Below, one piece after another: positions 46,001-53,872 of a stretch of 64,000 nt of DNA (position 1 is its first letter; each line of letters opens with the position of its first letter). The stretch is taken from NCBI GenBank assembly GCA_964419225.1, contig CAYQPF010000001.1, forward strand, positions 45,424 to 109,423, written 5' to 3'. The notes under the pieces were generated by a model that made no database searches, had not been told where the DNA came from, and saw only the letters and a list, made by a program, of their open reading frames with translations. Position numbers and translations under genes: made by a program. Source of the stretch: an uncultured Candidatus Cloacimonadota bacterium (GTDB lineage: Bacteria; Cloacimonadota; Cloacimonadia; Cloacimonadales; CAYQPF01).

Positions 46001-48674
46001 AGGTGTAACCAGCAGTAGCGATACCGCTGGGAGCCAATTCCGGGGCAAATGCTCTTGCTTTGACTGTTGTATTCACAGTAACCAGGAAGGAATCTGCATA
46101 TACAGTAGATGTTTCCAGCGGTTCAGTTCCATCTAAAGTATAGTAGATGGTTGAGCCAGGGGTTGAGCAGGTAATTTTAATGTAGATTGGATTCAGATGT
46201 GCACCTGGTGCGGGTGAAAAGGCAGGAGTAGCAACTGTGGGAACTCCACCGCCCGGGGTGAAGGTATGAATTCCAAGATCTGTAATGAAATCAATGGGAT
46301 TAACGATCCATTGGGAATCATCTACGTTTGTGCCTGCAGATTCAGCCCAGTTAGTTGTGGGTGAACTTACAGTCGGTTTTCTGATCAAAGTATGATTTAA
46401 AGTAGCATCAGCAACACCGGCAACTCCCCAAGAAGTACCTGGATCTGTGCCCTGAACACCGATCATATCGATCAGTACGTCATTATGGAATAAGCCAAGG
46501 GCATCATCACCATTGTAGAATGTGACAGTGCTGGTAGTGTCTGCTAAAGCCAGGATTGTGGCATTGGCTGCTGAATTTGCAATTATATAAACGTCATTAT
46601 GTGCTAATGTATGATTATAAACAAGAGTTGTCCCCCAGGCACCACCATTAGATCCAAGTTTTACGGAGTATTCGCCCAGATTAACAGGCTGGCCTGTTCC
46701 GTTGAAGATCTCAATTGCTTTATTGTTGCTTGATCCTTCAACATATTCAGAGAAGAATAAGTCTGTAGCATATACAGGAGGATTAGTCGCAGTGTTTTGG
46801 GAATAGATAACCTGATTTCCACCATATACAACATATTGGTCATTTTTTATGGCAATACCGGTAAGTCTGGTTTTATTAAAAGTAAGATCTGGTAAGCCTA
46901 TTTGAGTCCAGGATGCTCCGTTATCTGTAGATTTAATCAAAGCCCACACACTTCCATAATTATCTGTACCAGAACTATATCCCACAGCATAGAAATTTCC
47001 ATCAGCATCAGAATTAGTTCCATTTAAATCATCAGTAGCTGATTCGGTGGCTAGAGTCCAGTCAGCTTCATTCATTCCGCCGTTGGAAGTATAATAGATG
47101 ATGCCTGTTTTTTGGGTTAGAATACCGTTATTGGCATCTTTGAAATGAATGTCAGTAATATCGTTAGTACCAATAAGCATTTGAGTCCAGTTAGCACCAC
47201 CATCATTAGTTTTGAAAAGTTTACCTGAGATAGCTCCGGCTAACCCGTTATTTTGATCAAACCAATGAGCACATAAAAGATTATTGGCTGATGTTAACCC
47301 AACATTTCCCAGGACAGTCCAGGTTAAACCGCCGTCTGTAGTTTTAGCATTTTTATCGCCGACACCCATGACAAAACCGTTCATATCGTCGAGGAAGATG
47401 ATTCTATAGTAGGATTTTGAAGCGGCAACACCAGGAACCTGGAAATTGGTCCATGTTAATCCGCCATCGATTGTATGATAAATTTTGCCGGTAGTTTTAC
47501 CTGTAACAAAACCTTCGAGTTCGTTTTTGAAATAAACGGCATAATATCTGTTGAAGTCACCGGGAATAAAAAGGCGTGTGAAGGTGTCTCCACCGTCAGT
47601 TGTTTTTAGAAGATTTCCTGTGTCCCCACAGAGGTACCAGACTTCATCATTAACTATGCTAGTACTATAGATAAAATTGATAGGAATAGTTTGTTCAGTC
47701 CAGGATACACCATTATTAACAGATTTTAACAAATTTCCTTTCCAGGCTGAAGATATTAATTCACCATTGGCATTAAATTCTATACCTTCGAAGTAGTCAC
47801 CGAAATTATTGGTAACAATTTCAGTTGTTTGCCAGTTATTGGTAGTTTTGACAATAACGCTGTTCCAGCCCACTGCGTAACCGACGCTGCCATTCATGGT
47901 TACGTCCTGCATTTTGGTTGTAGATCCGGCAACACCGTTCAAACATGTGAAATTAGCACCATCATCTGTGCTGTAGCCGATAAAGCCTTTGTCGCCCAGG
48001 ACAACTACCGTAGAACCAAATTGTCTGACACCGTAAAGGTGAGGGTTATTGGTAATTGTGATAGGAACAAGTGTCCAAGTGGTTCCATAATCAGTTGTGC
48101 GGAGCAGTTTGGAAGTGCCTGAAGCATTGTTGCAGGCGACAAAACCAACTCCGGCTTCATTCAGAGATATGGAATATAAGGTAGTAATTATAGGTGAAGT
48201 TTGAGCTGTCCAGGTGACACCATTATCTGCAGAATAAACAATAACTCCGTTTAACCCGCAAGCCATAATTTTTCCACTGGGCAGATATACAACGCTATTG
48301 ATCCCGTTTGTGTTGGAGAAAAGTGTTTTGACATCCTGGTTGACTGTCCAGGTGGTGCCTCCGTCTGCTGTCATTGCTAAAGTTGCCTGATCAGCAACGA
48401 TGATTCCATGATTTGCATCATAGAAATCAACATCATTCAAATCAAAATAAACATTGTTAACTGCATCAAAAGCAGGATTGGGTACAAATTGATATGTATT
48501 CCCATTATCTGAAGAATGAACAACTGCTCCGGCAGTACCTACTGCCCAAACATGTGATCCCACTAAATCCATATTATAGAAATTAGCTGGGAAATCGCAC
48601 TGTCTTTTCAAATCCCAGGCAGTTAAGCTGGTGAAAAGAGTAATTATTATTAATAAGCATAATAACCGTTTCAT
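43029..48674 (-). CDS. Giant secreted multidomain protein: BNR/Ycf48-like beta-propeller repeats + lamin-tail domain + chitobiase-C-like domain + 3 x (OB-like module + FN3) + T9SS C-terminal domain
   Basis: I chose the start at MKRLLCLLIIITLF (signal peptide, GGAGG upstream). About ten BNR-type motifs (TADGGTTWT, SADNGVTWT, TTDYGTTWT, STDNGASWT...). LTD as in ExeM/NucH nucleases (LFFSEYVEGSSNNKAIEIFNGTG). TIYYTLDGTEP. Three ~300-aa modules. C-terminus NYPNPFNPSTSIEY...GIYFYKMKS...KMILMK. Confidence 0.75.
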   Translation of the reverse strand: MKRLLCLLIIITLFTSLTAWDLKRQCDFPANFYNMDLVGSHVWAVGTAGAVVHSSDNGNTYQFVPNPAFDAVNNVYFDLNDVDFYDANHGIIVADQATLAMTADGGTTWTVNQDVKTLFSNTNGINSVVYLPSGKIMACGLNGVIVYSADNGVTWTAQTSPIITTLYSISLNEAGVGFVACNNASGTSKLLRTTDYGTTWTLVPITITNNPHLYGVRQFGSTVVVLGDKGFIGYSTDDGANFTCLNGVAGSTTKMQDVTMNGSVGYAVGWNSVIVKTTNNWQTTEIVTNNFGDYFEGIEFNANGELISSAWKGNLLKSVNNGVSWTEQTIPINFIYSTSIVNDEVWYLCGDTGNLLKTTDGGDTFTRLFIPGDFNRYYAVYFKNELEGFVTGKTTGKIYHTIDGGLTWTNFQVPGVAASKSYYRIIFLDDMNGFVMGVGDKNAKTTDGGLTWTVLGNVGLTSANNLLCAHWFDQNNGLAGAISGKLFKTNDGGANWTQMLIGTNDITDIHFKDANNGILTQKTGIIYYTSNGGMNEADWTLATESATDDLNGTNSDADGNFYAVGYSSGTDNYGSVWALIKSTDNGASWTQIGLPDLTFNKTRLTGIAIKNDQYVVYGGNQVIYSQNTATNPPVYATDLFFSEYVEGSSNNKAIEIFNGTGQPVNLGEYSVKLGSNGGAWGTTLVYNHTLAHNDVYIIANSAANATILALADTTSTVTFYNGDDALGLFHNDVLIDMIGVQGTDPGTSWGVAGVADATLNHTLIRKPTVSSPTTNWAESAGTNVDDSQWIVNPIDFITDLGIHTFTPGGGVPTVATPAFSPAPGAHLNPIYIKITCSTPGSTIYYTLDGTEPLETSTVYADSFLVTVNTTVKARAFAPELAPSGIATAGYTFPVVLENFAALRTQTPGTTTIYSVSSMAVLTFKQTFRNQKYFQDATGGILVDDMTGVLATPYNVGDGITNLTGTLSEFGGMLQFVPSVNPGPPTTVGNIISPQIVTPNHFVTNFEEFEAELVKIENLSFVNPTGNFANGTVYQLTNGTADTVRFRTTFYDVDYIGIPVYTTPVTVVGIFNSRVDGNYFTARSIADFTVITDFVAPQNLSYVLADGVVTLNWQAPAQARKSTRSLTGYKVYRNGTALFDTPIAELTYQDNTVVNGNTYTYYVTAVYTNPDGESAPSNSVVAALPVYLNSIAALRTQPVGTNTVYNLNSEVILTFAQTYRHQKFVQDASAAIMIDDLPGAITSAYNIGDGITGLSGKLVEFGGMLEFTPLTDPGTATSTGNVINPQIITISDLNTNFEDYESELVRVINVTIDSTGNFANGIRYPMHDASGNGYLRTTFYDMNYINTPIPTDAQHIIGICNSRADGNYLTPRTLADFQPATTNFNPPQNLTATPGNNFIDLAWQAPVPAGMVRNNLKKQSMLSRSLSGYKVYRNNILVTTLASTVTTYHDAEATNGGYYQYFITAIYANPDGESLPSNTETIMLPAYLNNIAALRAVEINPNLDYILTGNAVLTFKQTFRNQKYIQDASAAILIDDNNGIITTNYNLGDAIANIRGKLVVTGNMLQFVPVLNPGPPVSTGNVITPQVITMAEMNNNFEQYEAELIKINSVNFDVMDTFANNTVYAVHDASAAGSFRTSFPGVDYIGNDIPINQQHITGICNSTAEGNYFTARNSDDFVNIPPVFNPPTNLAVQNVNNQAVLTWNAPNPEGVRGNTQKKETNRSLTSFKIYRNNALLTTVPAAQLTYTDATVAVNIEYSYYLTAVYTAPNGESQPTAPVTFVGNNDHNPAVLNTKLGLNYPNPFNPSTSIEYSQKDDGLTVIDIYNISGQKVTNLVNKKQPAGNYKAVWNGRDASGKSVSSGIYFYKMKSGKYSSTRKMILMK
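43340..45985 (-). repeat. Three tandem ~0.9 kb intragenic modules in the giant gene
   Basis: The modules begin FAALRTQTPGTTTIY (about 45985), IAALRTQPVGTNTVY (about 45110) and IAALRAVEINPNLDY (about 44208). Each continues LTFKQTFRNQK(Y/F)xQDA...DD...GDGI...G(K/T)L..FGGML(Q/E)F.P and ends with an FN3 unit (PQNL...W.AP...L.GYKVYRN). Confidence 0.8.
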
Positions 48675-48706
48675 TATACCTCCTATAGAATTAAAATTCC
48701 AACAGT

Positions 48707-48736
48707 TTATATAATAAAAGTGCTGATAATTAGTCA
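48707..48736 (-). promoter_or_regulatory. Sigma70-like promoter of the giant T9SS gene
   Basis: Minus-strand TTGACT - 18 nt - TATATA, about 30 nt upstream of the GGAGG/ATG at 48674. This supports the shorter start. Confidence 0.45.
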
Positions 48737-48872
48737 ATTGAAAAATGAAAAAGAGAAAATATTGTGAATTGTGAATGATATGAGAAAAATTAGGAGATAA
48801 TTATTTTTGTTCCTTTTTTTGTTACTTAAGTGCTTTTTTCATTAATCATAATAATAAAAGCGGAAAAAACAC

Positions 48873-48902
48873 TTGCTCAGTGAATTTGAAAAATGGTATA
48901 AT
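48873..48902 (+). promoter_or_regulatory. Extended -10 promoter in a long gene-free region
   Basis: TTGCTC - 18 nt - TATAAT with TGg immediately upstream (TGgTATAAT). The nearest downstream gene starts about 380 nt away. Confidence 0.4.
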
Positions 48903-49284
48903 TATATGGTAGAATTGAAAATATTTTAAGGAGAGTTTTAAGTGTTGGTTTCCCATTTAGATAAGGTTTAGAGGGAAATGCGAGGAAAGAAGTCATTGTT
49001 TGAAGATGAGTTAAAACAATAAAATTATTAAGGATTAAAAAAAACACTTGCCAATAAATCCAAGAAAGAAGATTTGGATTTAATAAAGATATATAGATGT
49101 GGCGAGGTTGAGAAAAAGCATGTTTTTTGCTTCTTGAAATATTTCCTTGACAGGAAATATGAGATGAAGATGTTAGTACAAATGAAGTTACTTAATAAAG
49201 AAATATGGTAGTTGTCTCAAAGCTTCATATCATATTTCAAAAAAAATAATAAGTAAAGATCTGATAAGAAATCTAGGAGGAAAA

Positions 49285-49476
49285 ATGAGAAAGATCAATT
49301 TAAAGAAAATGGCCGTACTTACAATTAGTTTAGTTGCTTTTGTTGCAGCTATCAATTTCACTGGTTGTGCTAAGAAAACTGAAGAAGCAGTTCCTGCTGA
49401 CACAACTATGACAGCTCCTGCTGTTGATACAGCTGCTGTACCAGCTGCTGACACAACTGCAACTCCAGCTCAATAA
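49285..49476 (+). CDS. Small lipoprotein (63 aa) with Ala/Thr/Pro-rich tail
   Basis: AGGAGG SD. MRKINLKKMAVLTISLVAFVAAINFTGC lipobox. Tail AVPADTTMTAPAVDTAAVPAADTTATPAQ. A strong terminator follows directly. Confidence 0.7.
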   Translation: MRKINLKKMAVLTISLVAFVAAINFTGCAKKTEEAVPADTTMTAPAVDTAAVPAADTTATPAQ

Positions 49477-49496
49477 TATTGTAGCTAATAATTTCC

Positions 49497-49533
49497 AGAC
49501 TGTCTGTTCGCCATAACAGACAGTCTTTTTTTA
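49497..49533 (+). terminator. Rho-independent terminator
   Basis: agactgtctgtt-cgccat-aacagacagtct followed by ttttttt. Confidence 0.85.
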
Positions 49534-49568
49534 TATCCATAGTATAGCTTAATCATGGGAAAAAGCAA

Positions 49569-50027
49569 ATGAAATTAGTTATTCAAAGAGTAGAAAAAGC
49601 ACAAGTTCACATAGACAACAAACTTCACTCAGAAATATCTGCCGGGTTATTGGTATTTTTGGGAATAACTCATACTGATTCTAGTCAGGAAATTGATTGG
49701 CTGGCCAAAAAACTGGTGGAGTTAAGGATTTTTGCCGATGAAAATGGAAAAATGAATCGTTCAATCCTGGATACACAGGGTGAGTTATTGATTGTATCTC
49801 AGTTTACCCTGTATGCTGATTGTCGCAGAGGAAGAAGACCGGATTTCATTGCTTCAGCACATCCCTTAATAGCCAATGACCTGTATCTCAAATTTTTGGA
49901 AAAAGTCAGGGAATTTGGACTGGATGTCAAGGAAGGGGTTTTCGGGGCAGACATGAAAATCAGTCTGGTAAATGACGGGCCTGTAACAATAGTGTTGAGT
50001 CAAGAGTCGTTAGTGGTTAATGGTTAA
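49569..50027 (+). CDS. dtd: D-aminoacyl-tRNA deacylase
   Basis: MKLVIQRV...GLLVFLGI...SQFTLYAD...GRRPDF...SLVNDGPVTI. Confidence 0.93.
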   Translation: MKLVIQRVEKAQVHIDNKLHSEISAGLLVFLGITHTDSSQEIDWLAKKLVELRIFADENGKMNRSILDTQGELLIVSQFTLYADCRRGRRPDFIASAHPLIANDLYLKFLEKVREFGLDVKEGVFGADMKISLVNDGPVTIVLSQESLVVNG

Positions 50028-50061
50028 TGGTGAGTGGTTAGTCTTGAGTCTTGAGTCATGA
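49994..50061 (+). repeat. GGTTAAT / TGAGTCT heptamer array overlapping the dtd 3' end
   Basis: gttgagtcaagagtcgttagtggttaatggttaatggtgagtggttagtcttgagtcttgagtcatgag. Confidence 0.8.
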
Positions 50062-50277
50062 GCCGATTGACGGATGCCGGGTATAGTAAATTCTGAGATT
50101 GATATATAAACGATATAGGAACTATATAAATATTATTTTAGAGCAGGATACAGGAAGTAGCACACACATAGATAACGCATTATAATACATACAAATAGCG
50201 AATAGGAAAAATAGATAAAAATGAAATGGCACAAGATATGCATTTATAAAAGAAAATGAATATTTAGTGGAGATATT

Positions 50278-51114
50278 ATGAAAAAGACACTCATTTTCAG
50301 TGTAATCGTTCTTTTTAGTTTATTCCTTTATGGAATGATGGATAAGGACATAAACAAGTCAAACTCGCATAATAAGGTAATTAGTGATGGTGTAGCTTTG
50401 AAAGTCATGAGTGAGGTTGTTATAGCCGAAGGTTTTAATGCATCTACTTTTTCAGTAAAATTAGGCTCTGGTGACCTGATTTTGAAAGGTACAACCGGCA
50501 AAAATGTAAATCTTAGTATTAAGTATTATGAATATGAAAAAGGTGATGCCACTATTTTTATCAAAGATGGGAAACTCGATTACTCGACAAAGAGCGGAAA
50601 GCCTGTTCAAATATATTTAGTTGACGGAACAGTTCCTGATAAAGTCAGTTTGGATGCTAAGACTGGTAGTGGAGACATTACTTTAAGTTTTTTTCACAAG
50701 AGTGAATTTTTAAACACAGTCATGGGTAGCGGTGATGTGAATGTTTCCAATGTAACAAATATTGGTAACATAAGTATCAAGACAGGCAGTGGTGATGTGC
50801 AATTTGATAATTTAGATGGTATTAAGGAAGTACAAGTAGTTACAGGAAGTGGAGATTTACAAGTGAGTAATTGTAAGAATATCGAAAGTCTTGTGAACAA
50901 AAGCGGAAGTGCAGAAGTTGTTCTGACAAATTATAAAGGAAACCATGTTCAATGTCAAACAGGCAGTGGTGATCTTGCAGTAAACGGATCATCTATTGAG
51001 CAACTTGAGTTTAAAAGTGGCAGTGGTGACATAGTGATCAACAAGAGTACAATCAAGAAAAGAATGTTCCAAACCTCAGCCGGGGATATTGTGGAACAAA
51101 AGAATGTAGAATAA
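50278..51114 (+). CDS. DUF4097-like beta-strand repeat protein (putative adhesin fold)
   Basis: Signal peptide. Repeated GSGD strands (TGSGDITLS, MGSGDVNVS, TGSGDVQFD, TGSGDLQVS, TGSGDLAVN, SGSGDIVIN). Confidence 0.6.
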   Translation: MKKTLIFSVIVLFSLFLYGMMDKDINKSNSHNKVISDGVALKVMSEVVIAEGFNASTFSVKLGSGDLILKGTTGKNVNLSIKYYEYEKGDATIFIKDGKLDYSTKSGKPVQIYLVDGTVPDKVSLDAKTGSGDITLSFFHKSEFLNTVMGSGDVNVSNVTNIGNISIKTGSGDVQFDNLDGIKEVQVVTGSGDLQVSNCKNIESLVNKSGSAEVVLTNYKGNHVQCQTGSGDLAVNGSSIEQLEFKSGSGDIVINKSTIKKRMFQTSAGDIVEQKNVE

Positions 51115-51142
51115 AGCTCCCATATCTCTAACATATCCATGT

Positions 51143-51169
51143 AGGCAGATCAAGTGATCTGCCTTTTTC
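51143..51169 (+). terminator. Rho-independent terminator
   Basis: aggcagatc-aagt-gatctgcct followed by ttttc. Confidence 0.75.
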
Positions 51170-51207
51170 ATTACTGTTCACCACTCATTACTGACTACTC
51201 AACCCTG
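51169..51207 (-). repeat. Heptamer array (GTGAGTG/TGAGTAG type, C-rich on the plus strand)
   Basis: Plus strand cattactgttcaccactcattactgactactcaaccctg; reverse complement cagggttgagtagtcagtaatgagtggtgaacagtaatg. Confidence 0.65.
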
Positions 51208-51292
51208 TTTTGACATAATAAATAAATCTGCTTTACAAATTATCTGTCTTTCGATATTAAGGTAAAAAGTATATAAGGATGTGGAGGTTATT

Positions 51293-52438
51293 ATGAAGTA
51301 TAGACCTTGTGGAAAACTCAATTTACAATTATCTGCCTTGGGATTTGGCTGTATGAGATTACCCTTAAACAGCGATAGTTCCTCGGATATAAATGAAGAA
51401 AATGCTATTGCTATGATCCGTTATGCCATCGAGAATGGCGTTAATTACTTTGACACAGCCTGGCCTTATCATGGTGGTAACAGCGAAACCCTTCTTGGCA
51501 AAGCATTGGAAGACGGATATCGGGAAAAAGTCTATATTGCCACCAAAATGCCAACCTGGCAGATAAAGAGTTTGGAAGATTGTGACCATTTTTTTGATGA
51601 ACAGTTAAAAAAACTGCAGACGACCTGCATAGATTTTTACTTACTGCACGCCTTGAATAAAAGTCGTTGGACAGGTTTAAAAGAGCTTGATGTTTTCTCC
51701 TGGGCAGAAAAAAAGAAAAAAGAGGGCAAGATCAAGTATTTTGGTTTTTCTTTCCATGATGATCTTCCAGTATTCAAAGATATTATAGACGCTTATAATT
51801 GGGATTTCTGCCAGATTCAGTATAATTTCATGGACATCAATGAGCAGGCGGGTACTGAAGGCCTGCAATATGCTCATGCTAAAGATATTGCTGTTATTAT
51901 TATGGAACCCCTCAGAGGCGGAGACATAGTCAAAGAAGTGCCTCCTCAAATTCAGGAAATATGGGATAAGACCACTGTTAATTACTCACCTGTCGAATGG
52001 GCCTTACACTGGTTGTGGAACCAGCCGGAAGTCTCTACCGTACTCAGCGGGATGAACAATATTATGCAGGTTATTGAAAATATCAACTATGCTCATGATT
52101 CCAAAGTAAACTCTTTAGACCCTCAGGATCTAAAAGTTATAGATGATGTCAGGGAAAAATATAAAGAATTAAAACCAATTAGTTGTACCAACTGCGGTTA
52201 TTGTCAACCTTGCCCGAACAAAGTGGCAGTACCTAATTTGTTTAATCTTTATAATGAAATTGCGATATACGGCAATTATGAAAAATCAAAATTCCTCTAT
52301 ACATTTGTACCCGAAGAGAGCCGGCCATCCAGTTGCGATGCATGTGGCAAATGTATTGATATATGCCCGCAGAAAATTAACATCCCCAATCTCATAGATA
52401 AAGTCCGTAGAGTTTTTGAAATGGGGGAAAAAATCTAG
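51293..52438 (+). CDS. Aldo/keto reductase with C-terminal 4Fe-4S ferredoxin domain (COG1453-type)
   Basis: MKYRPCGK...LGFGCMRLP...YFDTAWPYHGG. C-terminal CTNCGYCQPCP and CDACGKCIDICP. Confidence 0.85.
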   Translation: MKYRPCGKLNLQLSALGFGCMRLPLNSDSSSDINEENAIAMIRYAIENGVNYFDTAWPYHGGNSETLLGKALEDGYREKVYIATKMPTWQIKSLEDCDHFFDEQLKKLQTTCIDFYLLHALNKSRWTGLKELDVFSWAEKKKKEGKIKYFGFSFHDDLPVFKDIIDAYNWDFCQIQYNFMDINEQAGTEGLQYAHAKDIAVIIMEPLRGGDIVKEVPPQIQEIWDKTTVNYSPVEWALHWLWNQPEVSTVLSGMNNIMQVIENINYAHDSKVNSLDPQDLKVIDDVREKYKELKPISCTNCGYCQPCPNKVAVPNLFNLYNEIAIYGNYEKSKFLYTFVPEESRPSSCDACGKCIDICPQKINIPNLIDKVRRVFEMGEKI

Positions 52439-52472
52439 GTTAACAGTTAATGGTTAATGGTTAATGGAGTGG
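52439..52472 (+). repeat. GGTTAAT heptamer array
   Basis: ggttaacagttaatggttaatggttaatggagtgg, lying between a stop codon and the next ATG. Confidence 0.8.
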
Positions 52473-52477
52473 AATAA

Positions 52478-53872
52478 ATGAAAATACTGGTTATGCAACT
52501 GGCAAAAATTGGTGATATCATTCAAACGAATCAGCTTTTAAAGATGTTAAGAGTTGAACACGAGGAAGCACAAATACACCTTTTGGTAAATTCTCTGTTT
52601 GAAGAGATGAAACCTCTGCTGGAAGTGGATAACCTGATTGGGTTTAATTTAGGAAAAGCACTGGATCAAACCGGGCATGTTCTGCAGTTAAATACCTATG
52701 TAACATCTTTCCTCAATGAATTGCTCCAGAATAAATACGATTTGATAATTAATCTGAACAGTATTGGTTTTACTAAAGATCTTCTGGAATATTTCCGTGC
52801 TGATTCTTCTATAGCCTTAAAAGGGTTTCACAGCAATGATAATATCAGTCAGAAATGGTTGTATTATGTAATTTCTTTTATTAAGACCCGGGAATTTGCC
52901 ACTTTTAATCTTGTGGATATTTATAAAAACATCTGTAATCTGCCCGGTACCCGGTCTTCTATGCCTCCGTCCAAGCCATTTAAAAAGCCATCTACAAACA
53001 GAATTGTCTTCCAATTGGGCTGTCGTAATATCAAACGGCAGTGGAGTATCTCCAATTTTGCCGAACTGGCTAACCTTCTCATTGCCGAAGGCAAAGAAAT
53101 TTGTTTGGTGGGATCTGAAGAAGAATTTGATCTGCGTGATGAGTTTTTGAAACTTATTCTCCACAAAACTTCTGTTTCCGACCTGATGGGTAAAACTTCA
53201 CTCTTAGAACTATCGCAAATTTTAAAACAATCGGATCTTCTGATCTCAGGAGATACAGGTACAATGCATATCGCCAGTTCTGTCGGGGTGGAGGTTTTCG
53301 CCATTTTCTTAGGACCGGCTTATCCGTGGGAAACCTTGGGATACAGTGCTGACATAAAAGTAGTCTATCCTCAATCCGAGAAGTATATTTGTTATCCCTG
53401 TCAGGAAACTGCTGATTGTCTCTATAATCTGGCCTGTCATACTGAAATTACTCCCCATAAGGTTTTTAAAGCTATCCAAAATCTGCTGTCTTTGCAGGTT
53501 TACCACACCAGATATGATCTGATTGGCCAGTATTTAGTACCAGGGGCAGGATCACAACTGCCTTTAACAAAAGAAAGATACCTGGCTTTTGTTTATCGTT
53601 GTTTTTGTCTGGAATGGATTTTTCAGACAACCTCTTCCTTGCAGGATTATTTGCAAGACTATTCTTTTACTTCTGAAAAATTGCTTGAATGGAAAGAAAT
53701 GCTCTTAAAAGAATGGAGAAAATTTCAGATATTATTTGACAAAAACCTGGATTATTCCAGTTTTCAAATGAATTTGCCCAACCTGGCACCCCTCTACTAT
53801 TGGCACAAACTCTTTAATGAACAAGAAAAGGATCTGTTTACAGATTGGGAAAAATACTTAAATGGACTTTAA
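52478..53872 (+). CDS. Glycosyltransferase family 9 (heptosyltransferase-like) with C-terminal extension
   Basis: MKILVMQLAKIGDIIQT. SGDTGTMHIASSVG. Confidence 0.7.
   Translation: MKILVMQLAKIGDIIQTNQLLKMLRVEHEEAQIHLLVNSLFEEMKPLLEVDNLIGFNLGKALDQTGHVLQLNTYVTSFLNELLQNKYDLIINLNSIGFTKDLLEYFRADSSIALKGFHSNDNISQKWLYYVISFIKTREFATFNLVDIYKNICNLPGTRSSMPPSKPFKKPSTNRIVFQLGCRNIKRQWSISNFAELANLLIAEGKEICLVGSEEEFDLRDEFLKLILHKTSVSDLMGKTSLLELSQILKQSDLLISGDTGTMHIASSVGVEVFAIFLGPAYPWETLGYSADIKVVYPQSEKYICYPCQETADCLYNLACHTEITPHKVFKAIQNLLSLQVYHTRYDLIGQYLVPGAGSQLPLTKERYLAFVYRCFCLEWIFQTTSSLQDYLQDYSFTSEKLLEWKEMLLKEWRKFQILFDKNLDYSSFQMNLPNLAPLYYWHKLFNEQEKDLFTDWEKYLNGL

Noticed and set aside
48675-48737. N-terminal extensions offered by the ORF track (48737 for the giant gene, 29050 for rpsA, 13709 for the lipoprotein, 59834 for the EFR1-like gene, 15071 for Bro-N, 25298 for the orphan ORF)
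   Set aside because: In each case an internal ATG is preceded by a GGAGG-type SD and yields a canonical N-terminus (signal peptide or conserved start). The extensions use TTG/GTG starts or overlap promoters or upstream genes.
49230-49454. 74-aa minus-strand ORF overlapping the small lipoprotein gene
   Set aside because: The plus-strand ORF has an AGGAGG SD, a signal peptide/lipobox and a terminator. The minus-strand ORF is its Ala/Thr-rich mirror.
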